Assembly: GCF_009914755.1 (NCBI RefSeq)
Contig: NC_060947.1
Strand: one strand, 5' to 3'
From: the human T2T-CHM13v2.0 reference genome, Homo sapiens
DNA length: 64,000 nucleotides
A program made the translations under genes and the position numbers. How positions within the stretch are numbered: position 1 is the first letter of the stretch; each line of letters opens with the position of its first letter. The notes under the pieces are model-generated. The model ran no database searches, had not been told where the DNA came from, and saw nothing but the letters and a program-made list of their open reading frames with translations. Of this stretch, positions 12,879 to 41,889 are shown in pieces.

Positions 12879-13895
12879 ATGGGGAAAAAACAGAACAGAA
12901 AAACTGGAAACTCTAAAACGCAGAGCGCCTCTCCTCCTCCAAAGGAACGCAGTTCCTCACCAGCAACAGAACAAAGCTGGATGGAGAATGATTTTGACGA
13001 GCTGAGAGAAGAAGGCTTCAGACGATCAAATTACTCTGAGCTACGGGAGGACATTCAAACCAAAGGCAAAGAAGTTGAAAACTTTGAAAAAAATTTAGAA
13101 GAATGTATAACTAGAATAACCAATACAGAGAAGTGCTTAAAGGAGCTGATGGAGCTGAAAACCAAGGCTCGAGAACTACGTGAAGAATGCAGAAGCCTCA
13201 GGAGCCGATGCGATCAACTGGAAGAAAGGGTATCAGCAATGGAAGATGAAATGAATGAAATGAAGCGAGAAGGGAAGTTTAGAGAAAAAAGAATAAAAAG
13301 AAATGAGCAAAGCCTCCAAGAAATATGGGACTATGTGAAAAGACCAAATCTACGTCTGATTGGTGTACCTGAAAGTGACGGGGAGAATGGAACCAAGTTG
13401 GAAAACACTCTGCAGGATATTATCCAGGAGAACTTCCCCAATCTAGAAAGGCAGGCCAACGTTCAGATTCAGGAAATACAGAGAACACCACAAAGATACT
13501 CCTCGAGAAGAGCAACTCCAAGACACATAATTGTCAGATTCACCAAAGTTGAAATGAAGGAAAAAATGTTAAGGGCAGCCAGAGAGAAAGGTCGGGTTAC
13601 CCTCAAAGGAAAGCCCATCAGACTAACAGCGGATCTCTCGGCAGAAACCCTACAAGCCAGAAGAGAGTGGAGGCCAATATTCAACATTCTTAAAGAAAAG
13701 AATTTTCAACCCAGAATTTCATATCCAGCCAAACTAAGCTTCATAAGTGAAGGAGAAATAAAATACTTTATAGACAAGCAAATGCTGAGAGATTTTGTCA
13801 CCACCAGGCCTGCCCTAAAAGAGCTCCTGAAGGAAGTGCTAAACATGGAAAGGAACAACCGGTACCAGCCGCTGCAAAATCATGCCAAAATGTAA
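12879..13895 (+). CDS. ORF1: L1 ORF1p, 338-aa RNA-binding nucleic acid chaperone, intact frame
   Basis: MGKKQNRKTGNSK...NHAKM; REKG, ARR and YPAKLS motifs present. Confidence 0.97.
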   Translation: MGKKQNRKTGNSKTQSASPPPKERSSSPATEQSWMENDFDELREEGFRRSNYSELREDIQTKGKEVENFEKNLEECITRITNTEKCLKELMELKTKARELREECRSLRSRCDQLEERVSAMEDEMNEMKREGKFREKRIKRNEQSLQEIWDYVKRPNLRLIGVPESDGENGTKLENTLQDIIQENFPNLERQANVQIQEIQRTPQRYSSRRATPRHIIVRFTKVEMKEKMLRAAREKGRVTLKGKPIRLTADLSAETLQARREWRPIFNILKEKNFQPRISYPAKLSFISEGEIKYFIDKQMLRDFVTTRPALKELLKEVLNMERNNRYQPLQNHAKM

Positions 13896-13934
13896 AGACC
13901 ATCGAGACTAGGAAGAAACTGCATCAACTAATGA

Positions 13935-17782
<3,848 letters not shown>

Positions 17783-19225
17783 ACAATGAGATCACATGGA
17801 CACAGGAAGGGGAATATCACACTCTGGGGACTGTGGTGGGGTCGGGGGAGGGGGGAGGGATAGCATTGGGAGATATACCTAATGCTAGATGACACGTTAG
17901 TGGGTGCAGTGCACCAGCATGGCACATGTATACATATGTAACTAACCTGCACAATGTGCACATGTACCCTAAAACTTAGAGTATAATAAAAAAAAAATTA
18001 AAAAAAAAAAAGAAAATCTATAACCTTATAATAATATCACATTTTGTCTGATATTTGGATCAGATTAAGAAAGACTTGCTTTGTCCTGCATACCATGCTG
18101 TTGAGGATCCCATCTTAATGAGGAATTTGGCTCTTTTTATAGGAAACAGAAAATACCTCATTCTAAGGCATATACACAGCAAGGACCTGAGGAGCTTGTG
18201 TACTTCATAGAATCATGAACTCAAAGGATAAAAAGGCAAATTAAAAATTATCCTATCCAGGAAATCCCAAGTAGCAGTATGCATACTATCTACATATAAG
18301 CACTTAGTCAATTGATTATAAAGTCAGACTGCCTCAGAGTCTCTGAGGGTAGAGCTTGGCAAACAGATTTAAGGAGAATAGGTAACTTGCTCAAGATGAC
18401 ATTGTAAATAGAGAGTGGAGTCAGAATTCACATTCAGATCCAGCTGAGTAAAAAGCTTATTCTATTAACCTAATTAATTGGTCTGTAAAAAGGATTTCCA
18501 TAAGCTAACTCAAATGGGGCAAACCTGGGTTAAAAGGAAAAAAGCACCTGACCTAGCTTCAAACATCACTTCACCTCTGGAGGAAGTTGGAAAATATTCT
18601 AGCAGAAATACAAAATTGGTTTATTGGATTGCTTTTTGAGAAAAGAAAACTTGAGTAGCCTACAAATATAAGGGGCAGATTAACCAAATAGCAGCTGCAG
18701 CCATGTAGCCAAAAAACAAAGGGCATTTTCTCTGGCTATATAATTTGCAGAGCCCAGTGCAAAATGAAAATGGGATTCTCCTTGTTCAAAATGCAGGGAA
18801 AAAGTACCATTAAAATAATTAAAACATAAATTTTTTTTCCTTCTTTTGCAATCTCTCTCTCTAGATGTGTAATAGTGTTTATTATTTGCTTTTTATTGTG
18901 GCTATATATAAATACAAATTAAAATTTTAAATATTAGTGTGAAGTTTACAATTAATCTTTGTATTGTGCAATGACAGATTTAAATGCAAATATCAGCATT
19001 TAAATATAAGCATTTAAATTCAGATATAACTCATATGTGAAATCACCTATATTACACAATTCTTATTTTATAGCTTGTACATGCACATATGTTTTGTTTT
19101 TACAAAAGCGGTGGAAATGCTGCACAAAACCAACTCAACTGTTGTTATTACACCGCCTGACACAGCATACATTCTAGCAACATTCTCTACTTTTGGCTCC
19201 CTATTGAGGAAGAAAGGACTGAAAA

Positions 19226-19827
19226 CTAATATATATATCATATACTATATGATATATATAATCTGTATATTATATAATATATAATGTATATTATATAATA
19301 TAGAATATAGAATATTTTTATATTTTATATTATATATATGTATATAATTATATATGTATATATGTGTATACATGTATATGTGTATATGTGTATACATATA
19401 TATGTGTATACATGTATATGTATATACGTGTATACATATATATGTGCATACATGTATATGTATATATGTATACATATATATGTGCATACATGTATATGTA
19501 TACACGTGTATACATATATAATATATGTACATATATGTATATGTGCACACATATATAATATATGTACATATATTATATATGTATACACATATATAATATA
19601 TGTACATATATGTATATGTATGTACATATATGTACATATATGTATATGTATGTACATATATGTACATATATGTATATGTATGTACATATATGTACATATA
19701 TTATATATAATATATAACGTATATACGTATATACATATATACATATATATGTACATATATTATATATAATATATAACATATATACGTATATACATATATA
19801 CACACATATATACACATATATATATAT
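19226..19827. repeat. ~600-bp compound (TA/TG/CA)n alternating purine-pyrimidine microsatellite
   Basis: Directly visible; includes higher-order units such as tatgtacatatatgtacatatatgtatatg. Confidence 0.97.
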
Positions 19828-20175
19828 GGCTTGCTGTGTCTTTCCCTTTCATTCTATGTCATCATTTCTAGGAAAAGTGGTTGGCTAATAAAAGAAAGTA
19901 ACATGAATAAGAAAGAATATGATAGTTTTTTTTTTGGTTATTCTTGTTTATTAGAACACCATTGCCTTCTTTCTGCATTTGAAGCAAGTTCTGGTGCAAA
20001 AGAAAATATTGCCCGTAAGGCCTGTCAGAGACTAGGCTTACTCAGTTATAATAATGTTAATGCACATACCTTGTATTTGTTTTGAGTCTTACTGACCTAC
20101 TACATATCATGTGTCCATCATCCTCACAAGTTCTGTATGCAAATTGGGTAGCAAGAAATGATAGACACTCATATT

Positions 20176-20403
20176 GTGCACATTTCCTCCTCTCACACAC
20201 ATGCACCATTGTGCTATTGGTCTTCACTTAGAAAACTTTGAATATAATTCACAGATAAAGTTATTAAGAATTCCAAAATACTGACAGCAGTGCACATTTC
20301 CTCTGCTCACACATATGCACCATTGTGCTATTGGTCTTCACTTACAAAACTTTGAATATAATTCACAGGTAAAGTTATTAAGAATTCCAAAATACTGACA
20401 GCA
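20176..20403. repeat. Tandem duplication, 2 x 114 bp
   Basis: Units start gtgcacatttcc at 20176 and 20290; 5 mismatches by eye. Confidence 0.93.
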
Positions 20404-20945
20404 GTGCTTTAAACCAACCCTAGGGTCCATCTGTGTATGGCTGTCTTATGCATCTACACAGGATGGATACTCATGACATCAATCTGTGTGTGTGTATATA
20501 GCCATGAATAGGAGTCTTTCCTCAGAAGAGGATCAGAGTTTGAGGTCTTTGGGGCTCTCATTGAGGATCATAACTTCTATGTTGGACAAAGGAGACAAAG
20601 GTAAACAAAGTACACGGTCAAATTATATTAAACTCCAAATTCAGGGAAGAAAGGGTCTAGTCAATTCTACATTTATATCTACCTTTTGTAAGTATGCTCT
20701 GTGCTGAAAGTCATGAGGAAACATAGGAACAAAACATTCTGCCTTCAAGGTATTGAGAGTTTAATGTGGCTGTTAGACTTCTTTAACACATCTTGGATAT
20801 ATTATAAAGCAGAATATATTGAGTGTTATTCTAGAAAAACGAACGATTAAAGAAATTTCAAGAATAAAATAATTATTTATTATTTTGAAGACTGAAAAAG
20901 CTTCATAGAGGAGGTCGCAATATTTGAGGTAGGATTAAAGGATGT

Positions 20946-21094
20946 TGCTATGGCTTGAATGTCCCTTACAAAACTCATATTGAAGTTTGTTATTCTGATG
21001 GTATTAAGAGGTGGGACTGTTAAGAAGTGATTAGATCATGAGGGCTCTGCCCTCACAAATGTATTAATGTTGATATCATGTTCTCTTACTTTCT

Positions 21095-21141
<47 letters not shown>

Positions 21142-21302
21142 ACCTCCTATGGGATAATGCAGCAAGAAAGTCCTCAGAAGATGCTGGCACCTTGACCTTG
21201 GTTTCCCCAGCATCCAGAACTCTAAGCCAATAAATTTCTACTTTTTATAAATTACCCAGTCTGTGGTATTTTATCTTAACAGCACAAAATGAACTGATAG
21301 AT
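20946..21302 (+). mobile_element. MST-family MaLR solo LTR containing a (CT)n(CA)n microsatellite
   Basis: Start 'tgctatggcttgaatgtccc'; end region 'ataaattacccagtctgtggtatt...acagcacaaaatgaac'. Confidence 0.8.
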
Positions 21303-21343
21303 ATATAGCATTGCAATAAATTGAGTCAGAGGAGGACATTTGA

Positions 21344-23625
<2,282 letters not shown>

Positions 23626-23742
23626 AGAGGAGGGCATTTGAGGCTGAGAGAGGAGCATAAATAAAGGAACAGCATATCTTAGAGGCTGGGACATCAACAC
23701 ATGTGATTAGAAGTATATGGAGTAAGGGAGTAATTTGCGGAC

Positions 23743-24146
23743 TGTATTAGATTGGCTGCCATAACAAAATACCATAGACTGGATGGTTTAAATATTTATT
23801 TTTCTCACAGTTGTGGAGACTGAAAAGTTTAATATCAAGGTACCAGCTGATCCAGTATTTAGTTCCTCGTAAGTATTTTCCTCTTGGCACATAGACAGTT
23901 GCCTTCTTGCTGTGACTTCACAAGACAGAGAGAGAGAGAGGAGAGAGGAGAGAGAGAGAAACACAAATTCTCTGGTATCTTTTCATATAAGAGCACTAAT
24001 CCCATCATGAAGGCACCATTCTCATAACCTTATCTAACTCTAATTGCCTCCCAAACACCTCCTTTCCAAATATCATCACATTAGGGAATCAGGCTTCAAT
24101 TAATGAATTTGCTGGCATGGGGCACACAAACATTCAGTCAATAACA
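23743..24146 (-). mobile_element. MLT1A/B-type MaLR solo LTR
   Basis: 'tgtattag..ggctgccataacaaaataccatagactgg' to 'cattcagtcaataaca'. Confidence 0.8.
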
Positions 24147-25179
24147 AAGAAATGCCACCAGAGATATAAAGAGGGTCCAGATTCGTGAGAGCTTTGAATA
24201 CTACACAAAGCATTTGGGTAGCTGCTGCTGATTTTTGAGCAACAGAGCAACAAGTTCAGACTGATGATTTGTGAAGATAATTTTGATTTCGGTGGGAAAG
24301 ATGGGTTGTAAGGAGAGGAACCAGAACTATTGTGATAGTCTAGGAAAGAGGAAATGAAGATCTGAGCTAAAGGCAATGGCAGTAGGAATGAAACAAGAAA
24401 CAGATATAAGAAATCTGAAGGGACTAGCTGACTAATTTAATGTAAGAACTGAGAAAGAGGTGCAAGATGTCTTTGAGATTAATTGAATTTGCAGGTAACA
24501 AGATTAACAAAAGACCCATTTATCTTAATAGTTGTTGAAAATCTTTCCAGAATGTATGAATCCCTTTTTCAGCCTTAGTGGCAGAGTCTAATGAAAATAA
24601 TCCAATCATTTTTGTGGTTGAAAACTCACAGGTTTTGGGGGGCATTTTTCAGAAAAATTAGTTCATATCATAGAAGTCTATAAATGTAAATATGAGCAGA
24701 CAAAGTTTGAATATACTTTTAATATACTGAGTCCCAGACATCTTGGAGGTTTGTGTTTCATTTTCTGTACTTATTGCTTTAGCTTGTTTTGCTCCAAAAT
24801 TTGAAGTAGCAAAAATTTCAATTTAATCAGTGATTTGAAGTCACTAATTTTCTGCTCCTTTTGCTATAGACTCAATTTAATTAACTTTAAGTTTGTAACA
24901 GATCATAGGACATTAAAGCTATTTAAGTATAAATATATTTTGATAAAAATTTTCATTTCTCTTAAAAAGAGGAATTTCATTAAAATATTTTCTGTATCTT
25001 ATGAGTGATTTTATATCCATCCTAACTCTAAATATATTGACAACATAAATTTATCTGATTTGATATTTAAAGTGAAATGAAGTTTTCATTTAGCAGAATT
25101 TTAATACATAGAAAATTTAGTTAACATGTTTCAATTATGAAATTAACCCTGCAGATAGGATTCTTTTTCTGTTTCAAAA

Positions 25180-25445
25180 CTAAACAACCAAATACCACGT
25201 ATTCTCACTTGTAAGTGGGAGCTAAGCATGGAGCACACATGGACATAAATATGGTAACAACAGACACTGTAAACTACTAGGCGGCTGTGGGGGCGAGCTG
25301 GGTTAAAAAACTACCTATTAGGTACTATGCTTAGTATCTGTGTGACAGGATCTCTACTCCAAATCTCAAAATCACGCAGTATTCCTATGTAACAAATCTA
25401 CACATGTTCCCCCTTTATCTAAAATAAAAGTTGAAAGAAAAAATG
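25180..25445 (+). mobile_element. L1PA16-like 3' end fragment
   Basis: 'ttctcacttgtaagtgggagctaagc...ctacctattaggtactatgc...aaataaaagttgaaa'. Confidence 0.8.
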
Positions 25446-26408
25446 ATTAGCTGGGAAAAGAAAATACTAAACAATAGCATCTGGGTACAATGCAATTTTT
25501 AAAAGGTTCTTGCAGTCAAACATATGTAACATAAAATTGGCCATTTTAATCATATTTAAGTATACAATTCAGTGGCATTAATCACATTCACAATCTTGTG
25601 CAATAATCACCGTTATCTATTTCTGAAACTTTCATCACTCCAAACAGAAATACTGTACCATTAAGCAATGACTTTTCATTCATGTCTGCCCCTATTTTCT
25701 AGTAACCTCTAATCTTTCTAGCCTATGAATTTGCATATTCTAGATATTTTATGTAAATGAAATTACACAATATTTGTTTTTTAGTGTCTGGCTTATTTCA
25801 CTTAGTGTAAAACTTTCAAGGTTCATTCATGTCATAACATGATTCAAAACTTTATTACTTTTTATAGCTGAATATTACTCAATTGAATGTACATACCATA
25901 TTTGTTTATGTATTCATCTGTTGATGGAGACTTGGACTGCTCCTGCCTTTTCACTATTAGGAATGAGGCTACAATGAACATTGGCATACAATTACTTGTT
26001 TGAGTCCCTGTTTTCACTTCCTTTGGATATATACTTAGGAGTGGAATTGCTGGTTCATATGACAATTCTATGTTTAAATTTTGGAGGAACTATCAAACTG
26101 TTTCCATAGCAGCTGCAACATTTTACATTTCCATCAACAATGTACAAGGGTTCCAACTTTAGTGCACCCCCAACAACACTTGTTGCTTTCCTTTTTTTAT
26201 TACAACCACCCTAATTGGTGTAAAGTGGTTTTGATTTGCATTTCTCTAATGACTAATGATGTTGAACATCTCTTTTATGCTATTGCCCACTTGTATATCT
26301 TTGGAGAAATATCTATTCAAGTCTTTTGCCCATTTTTTAATTGGGTTGTTTGGTTTTTGCTGTTGTTGAATTGTAGGAATTCTTTATCTATTGTCTATAA
26401 TCTCTTAG

Positions 26409-26778
<370 letters not shown>

Positions 26779-27139
26779 ATCTTTTTAATTTCTTAATAAT
26801 GTCCTTTGATACATGAAAATTTTTAATTTTGACGAAGTCTATTATATATACATTTTTTTTCTTTTGTTGCTCATGTTTTTAGTGCCATATCTAAGAACCC
26901 ATTACCATATTCAAGGCCATGACAGTTTATCCCTGTGCTTTCTTGTAAGAGATTTTAGGTTTTTGCTCTTATATTTGGGTAATTTATCCATTGTGAGATT
27001 ATTTTTGTGTACAGCTTAACATACGGGTACAACTTCACTCTTTTCCATGTGGAAATTTAGTTATTCCACTACAATTAATTGAAGAAACTATTCTTCCTCA
27101 ATTGAATAAACTTGACACCCTTGTCAAAAATCAATTTGT

Positions 27140-27568
27140 TACAATAGGCACAAAAAGACAAATATCACTTTTTTTTCACTCGTGTGAGAACTAAAAAAAA
27201 AAAAAAAATTGATCCCATGGAGATGGTGAAAAAAATAGTGCTTACCAGAGGCTGGGAAATGTAGTGGAGAGTAGGGGATAAAGATGGGTTGGTTAGTGGG
27301 TACAAAAATACAGTTAGGTAGAAGGAATATGTTCTAGTCTTCTAGAGCACTGCAGGGTGACTATAGTTAACAAAAAATTATTGTACATTTCACAATAGCT
27401 AAAAGAGAAGACTTAGATTGTTTCCAACACAATCAAATTATAAATGTTTGAGGTGATGGATATCCAAATTACCCAGATTTTATCATTATGCATTCTTTGA
27501 TTGTATCAAAGTATCACATATACCCCATAAATATGTACAACTATTATGTACCTATAAAATAAAAAATA
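27140..27568 (+). mobile_element. L1MA3/4-like 3' end inserted in L1MB4
   Basis: 'gcttaccagaggctgggaa...aaatgtttgaggtgatggatatcc...ataaatatgtacaactattatgt'; candidate TSD aaaaat(c/t)aatt. Confidence 0.75.
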
Positions 27569-28575
27569 AAAAATTAATTGGCCATAAATATACAGATTGG
27601 TTTCTGGACTCTCAACTATATTCCATTCGTCTATATGACTATCCATATTGTTTTTATTCCTATAGCTGTGTACTCGGTTTTGAAATTAGGAAGTGTGAGT
27701 CCTCCAACTTTGTTATCCTTTGTCATGATTGTTTTGGCTATTCAGGGCTTTTTGAAATTTCATATACATTTGAGAATCAGCTTTTTGATTTCTGAAAAGA
27801 AAGGCTGTTGAAATTTTAATAGGATTATATTTAATCTGTAGATTGCTTTAAGTAGTATTGGTATTTTAGCAATGTTAAATTTCTCAATCCATGAACATTG
27901 ATGTCTTTCTATTTATTTAGGTATTCTTTCAGAAATATTTTATAGGTTTCCATTGACAAGATTTTCACCTTTTTGGTTAAATTTATTCCTAGATATTTTA
28001 TTATTTGTATGTTATTTCAATGAAATTGTCTTTTTAGTTATTTATTGATTGCTCATTGCCTATCTGCAACTTTGCTTAATTAATTTATTAGGTCCAGTAG
28101 AATTTTTTTTGTGGATTCTTTGGTATTTCCTATTCATAGGATCATGTCATCTGTGAATATAGTTTTCCTTCTCTTATAATTTGGATTTTTAAAATTTCTT
28201 TCTCTTGTATATTTCCCTGGTTATGACTTTTAGTGTGATGTTGGATAGCAGTGATAATTTGAACATTCTAGTCTTGTACCTGATCTTAGGGTAAAAGCTT
28301 TCAGTTTTTCAGCATTAAATGTGATATTTCCTGTGAGTTTTTCCTATGTACCCTTTATCATGTTGTGGACATTTCCTTCTACCCCTAGTTTTCTGAGTTT
28401 CCTTATCATGAAGTTGTGTTGGATTTTGTAAAATGCCTTTTCTGCATCAATTGAGAGGCTCACGTGGATTTTTTAAATGCTCTTTACGTGTTGCATTCTG
28501 TTGACTGAATTTTTTATGTTGAACCATTTTTGTATTATTGGGACAAATCTCGCTTGGTTATGGTATACAACCCCC

Positions 28576-29933
<1,358 letters not shown>

Positions 29934-30405
29934 TACAATCCTTTTAATATGCTGTTGGATTTGTTTTCCTAGTATTTTTCAGGGATTTTTGTATGTATGT
30001 TCCGACAGAATATAGCTCTGTGAATTTCTTCTCTTGCAATGTCTTTTCTGACTGGTATCAGAGTAATGCAGACCTTACAAAATAATTTAGAAAGTGTTTT
30101 CTTCTCTTAAATTTTTTGAAAAGTCTCAGAAAAATTGATGTTAATTTTTCATTAAATGTTTAATGAAACTCACCAATGAAGTAATCTGGTTCTGGACTTT
30201 TCTTCATTAGGACATTTTTTTATTACTGATTCAATCTCATTCTGTGTTATAACTTTGTTCAGATTTTTTATTTCTTTTTGAGTCAATTTTGGTAATGACT
30301 ATGTTCCTAGGAATTTGTTTATTTCATCTACATTATCTGATTTGCTGGTGTGCAACTGTTCATAACATTTTCTTACAATTATTTTTATTTCTGTAAAGTT
30401 TTTTT

Positions 30406-30531
30406 GAAATATGATTTTTACATAAACTTATGTTAAAATATGTTTATTAGTATTGATGTACAATATTTTTTCTCCCTTTATAACTTTTCTGGATTTCTCA
30501 GTTTGTAATTCCTCCTGAAACTGCCTTTTAC

Positions 30532-30576
<45 letters not shown>

Positions 30577-31326
30577 GCATTACCATTTCTACTGTGGCGA
30601 GACTCAAGACAATATTCTTACTTAATTGAGAGTGCAGGAAGACATGGATTAGACCAGAAAAGCAGGACTTATTCCACTGACTCAAAATTTTTCTGATATC
30701 ACCAGAGACGAGGTATTTCTCAGAAATATATTCTGTACCTAAACAGGAACTAATATAAGCATCAATTTTATACTATTGTACCTATCTTTTGGGGATTGTT
30801 GGCACTGGACATGAGATGCTCTTAGGTTGCATACACAGATGCAGAATTAACCATTGAATCTCTTAAACATAAAAGTGTGCCCTTTTCAATTTCATTTAAG
30901 CTTTCCATCAGGTTCGAGAGTTTGGAGTAAATACGTCTTTAACACGCCTCTCTAATGGCTAAGTTTTCTTTTCTTTTCTTTTTTCTTTCTTTTCTTTGTT
31001 TTTTAAGCTGCAGACAAACTTTCATTTATTTATTTATTTATTCATTCTTTTGTTTGTTCCACAGAGTTTTGCTGAGCACCCACTCCAAGCCAGGCATGTG
31101 CTAGGTGCCTGGGATAAAATACTGACTCACAAAGAGGAGGACCCTGTCTTAAGATGTTCTTATTATCAAAACTCAGGCAAGACTTCAGAATAAATATTAA
31201 AGTTACACTTGATTTCAAAGAGCTAAAACAGGTGATGTAGTCTATTTCAACAGCTTTTTTAAAAAATGAGACATGTAGCTAATCAGTAATGGAGTCTATA
31301 TTCAAGCCAGATTCCACAATCAGTAT
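30406..31326 (-). other. Candidate ~0.9-kb L1 3' transduction (non-L1 DNA with a (GT)n repeat and an L2 tail)
   Basis: Lies between the L1PA tail (31327) and the left host junction (30395-30405); AATAAA on the minus strand at 30443-30448. Confidence 0.7.
30535..30574. repeat. (TG)n microsatellite, about 20 units
   Basis: Directly visible. Confidence 0.97.
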
Positions 31327-39124
<7,798 letters not shown>

Positions 39125-39669
39125 AAAGTTGTTATTAATGTCTCCACTTTCATTTCTGATTTTAGTATGGGTGTCTTATCTCTTTTCTTCTTTGTCCTGT
39201 TCTCTAAAGATTTGCTAATTTTGTCAATCTATCCAAAGGACTAACTTTTTTTTTTTTTAATTTTCTCTACTCTTTCTCTATTATCTTTTTTTTAAACAAA
39301 AAACTGTACTAATTTTCATTATTTCCTTTCTTTTGCTAGCATTCTGTTTAGTTTTCTCTTTTTTTTCTAGTTCTTTTAAGTGTAAAGGTAGGTTACTGAT
39401 TTGAAATTTTTATTCTTTTATGATATGGATATTTAATCCTATAAATTTTCCTTTTAGCAATGCCTTTGATGTATACCATAAGTTTTGGCATGTTGTATTT
39501 TCATTTTCAATCCTCTCAAACTGTTTTCTAATTCTCTAGTAATTTCTTATTTGATTCAATGGTTGTGTAAGTGTGTGTGGTTTAATTTTTACATATTTTG
39601 AATTTTACAGTTTTTGTTATTTTCTTCTAGTTTCATTCCATTGTGTCACAGATGATACTTGTATGTTAT

Positions 39670-40265
39670 TGTATTAGTCAGGGTTCTCCCTGACTTAGTA
39701 TTAGTCAGAGGGACCGAACTAATAGGATATATATATGAAAGGGAGTTTATTAGGGATAATTGGCTTACATGATCACAAGGTAAAGTCACACAACAGGCCA
39801 TCTGTAAGCTGGGGAAGAAAGATGCCAGTAGTGGCTCAGTCCGAGTCTAAGAGCCTCAAAGGCAGGGAAACCAACAGTGCAACCTTCAGCCTGTGGTCAA
39901 GGCCTGAGATCCCCTGGAAAATCATTGGTGTAAGTCCAAGAGTACAAAGGCCAAAGAATCTGGACTCTAATGTCCAAGGACAGGAGAAACGGAAGGAAAC
40001 ATCTAGCACAGGAGAAAGATGGAAGCCAGAAAACTCAGCAAACCAGCTTATCCCACTTTCTTCCGCTGCTTTATTCTAGCTTTGCTGGCAGCTAATTGGA
40101 TGGTGCCCACCAACACTGAGGGTAGGTCTTCATCTCTCAGTCCACTGACTCAAATGTCAATCTCCTTTGGCAACACCCTCATAAACACACCCAGAAACAA
40201 CACTTTACTAGCTATCTAGACATTCTTCAATCCAATCAAGTTGACATTTACTATTAACCATCATG
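39670..40265 (-). mobile_element. MLT2A2-like ERVL solo LTR in L1MB4
   Basis: 'tgtattagtcagggttctc...caatccaatcaagttgac...ttaaccatca'; 5-bp TSD gttat / ggtat. Confidence 0.88.
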
Positions 40266-41748
40266 GGTATCAATTTTTTAAAATTAACTGAAACTTGTTT
40301 TGTGTTCTAACATACGGGCTATTCTGAAAAAAGTCCCATGTGCCCTTGAGAACATATATTCTCCTGTTGTTCAGCAGAGGGTTCTACATATGCTGGGACT
40401 ACTTGTTTTATAATGTTGTATAAGTCTTCTAATTTTTATTGATCTTCTATCTAGATATTTCACTCATTATTTAATTTGGTGTTTCAAAGTCTCTACTTAT
40501 TACTGTAGAATTGTCTATTTTTTCCTTCAAATTTTTTCAGTGTTCACTTTAGATATTTTGGGGCTCTGTTGTTTAATGCAGATATGTTCATAATTGTTAC
40601 ATCTTCTTGATGAGTTGGACAATTTTTCTTTTTACAAATAATGCTCTTCCTTGTCTCATAACAGTTTTTCACTTAAAATCTATTTTGTTTGCTGTTAATA
40701 TGGTCACTTCAGTTCTCTTTTGATTACTTTTTATGTGTTTTACTCTTTCACTTTTTAATTTTATTCTTTCACTCTCAATATATTTTTTCTTTTAACCTAA
40801 AGTGAGTCTCCTGTAGATAGTATGTAGTTAGATCATTTTTTTACAATCCATTATTTCAATATTTGTCTTTTGATTGCAGACTTTAACCTATTAACATTAA
40901 ATGTAAATCACTTTAAAAGTGATTACTGATAAAGGACTTACGCCTTCCATTTTACTATTTGTTTTCTGTTTGTCTTATATCCTTTTTGTCCTTCATTTTC
41001 TTTATTATGAACTTCTTTTGTATTTACTCGACTTTTTCATAGTGAATAATTCTGATTCCCTTCTCATTTTCTTTGTGTGTTTTTTCTGATATTTTCTTCG
41101 TGCTTAACCTGGAGATTACCTTTAGCATCCTAAATTTATAACAGTCTAGTTTGAAATACTACTAACTTAAGTTCAATAGCATGCAAAAACTTTACTCACA
41201 TACAGCTCCATCCCCACCTTTTTTATGTTGGTGTTCTCACAAAATACATCTTTATATATGCTACAATGCAATTAAATAGAATAGAATAGCAAAACATTAG
41301 AATTCAAAGAGCCATAAGTAATTTTCCAGGGACATTCATTTTGCACACTTCCTATTACTGAAAAGGTGACCACGTGATTTCAGACCCAGGGGTTTCTTTG
41401 TTCTGAACATAATAGTAGAAATTTAATAGGAATAAGAATAATATTAATAACAGGAATGAAAAGCACTGTTTAGGAGGGTCCAAAATGCAAACTGAAATTG
41501 GTCACCATGAGGCAGTATAGTAAAGTAATTAGTAAGGTAGACCCTGGACTCAGAATAAATCTAGCTTCATCATTAGCCACATGATTTTGTTTATGTTCAT
41601 TAACCTATTGATACTTCATTTTTCTTATCCTAAAATAAAGATAATAGAACCTGCCTCAAGGGTTGGCAGTATAACTTATATAAGTCATGTAAATTGTCTA
41701 TAACAGTGCCTGGCACATGGTTAGAACTCAATAAAACTAATTATTCTT

Positions 41749-41889
41749 GGGAGGGATAGCATTAGGAGATATATCTAATGTAAAGGACGAGTTAATGTGT
41801 GCATCACACCAACATGGCACATGTATACATATGTAACAAACCTGCACGTTGTGCACATGTACCCTAGAACTTAAAGTATAATAATAAAA
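41749..41889 (+). mobile_element. Short L1PA (about PA5-6) 3' end beside a MIR (about 41510-41740)
   Basis: L1 3' terminus; TSD aaa(a/g)ctaattattctt at 41733 and 41890. Confidence 0.88.

Larger units (their letters stand above)
18728..20486 (-). mobile_element. Long MER45-family hAT element (MER45R/B-like), copy 3, interrupted by a TA-rich array and an internal duplication
   Basis: Left end 'ctggctatataatttgcagagcccagtgcaaaatgaaaatg' as in copies 1 and 2; degenerate right end 'gatactcatgacatcaatctg'. Confidence 0.7.

Noticed and set aside
19245-19815. Overlapping 64-150 aa Y/I/H/C/M-rich ORFs on both strands
   Set aside because: Artefacts of translating the TA/TG/CA microsatellite
20176-20403. 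Direct repeats as a CRISPR-like array
   Set aside because: Two adjacent 114-bp units with no spacers and no cas genes, in a eukaryotic context
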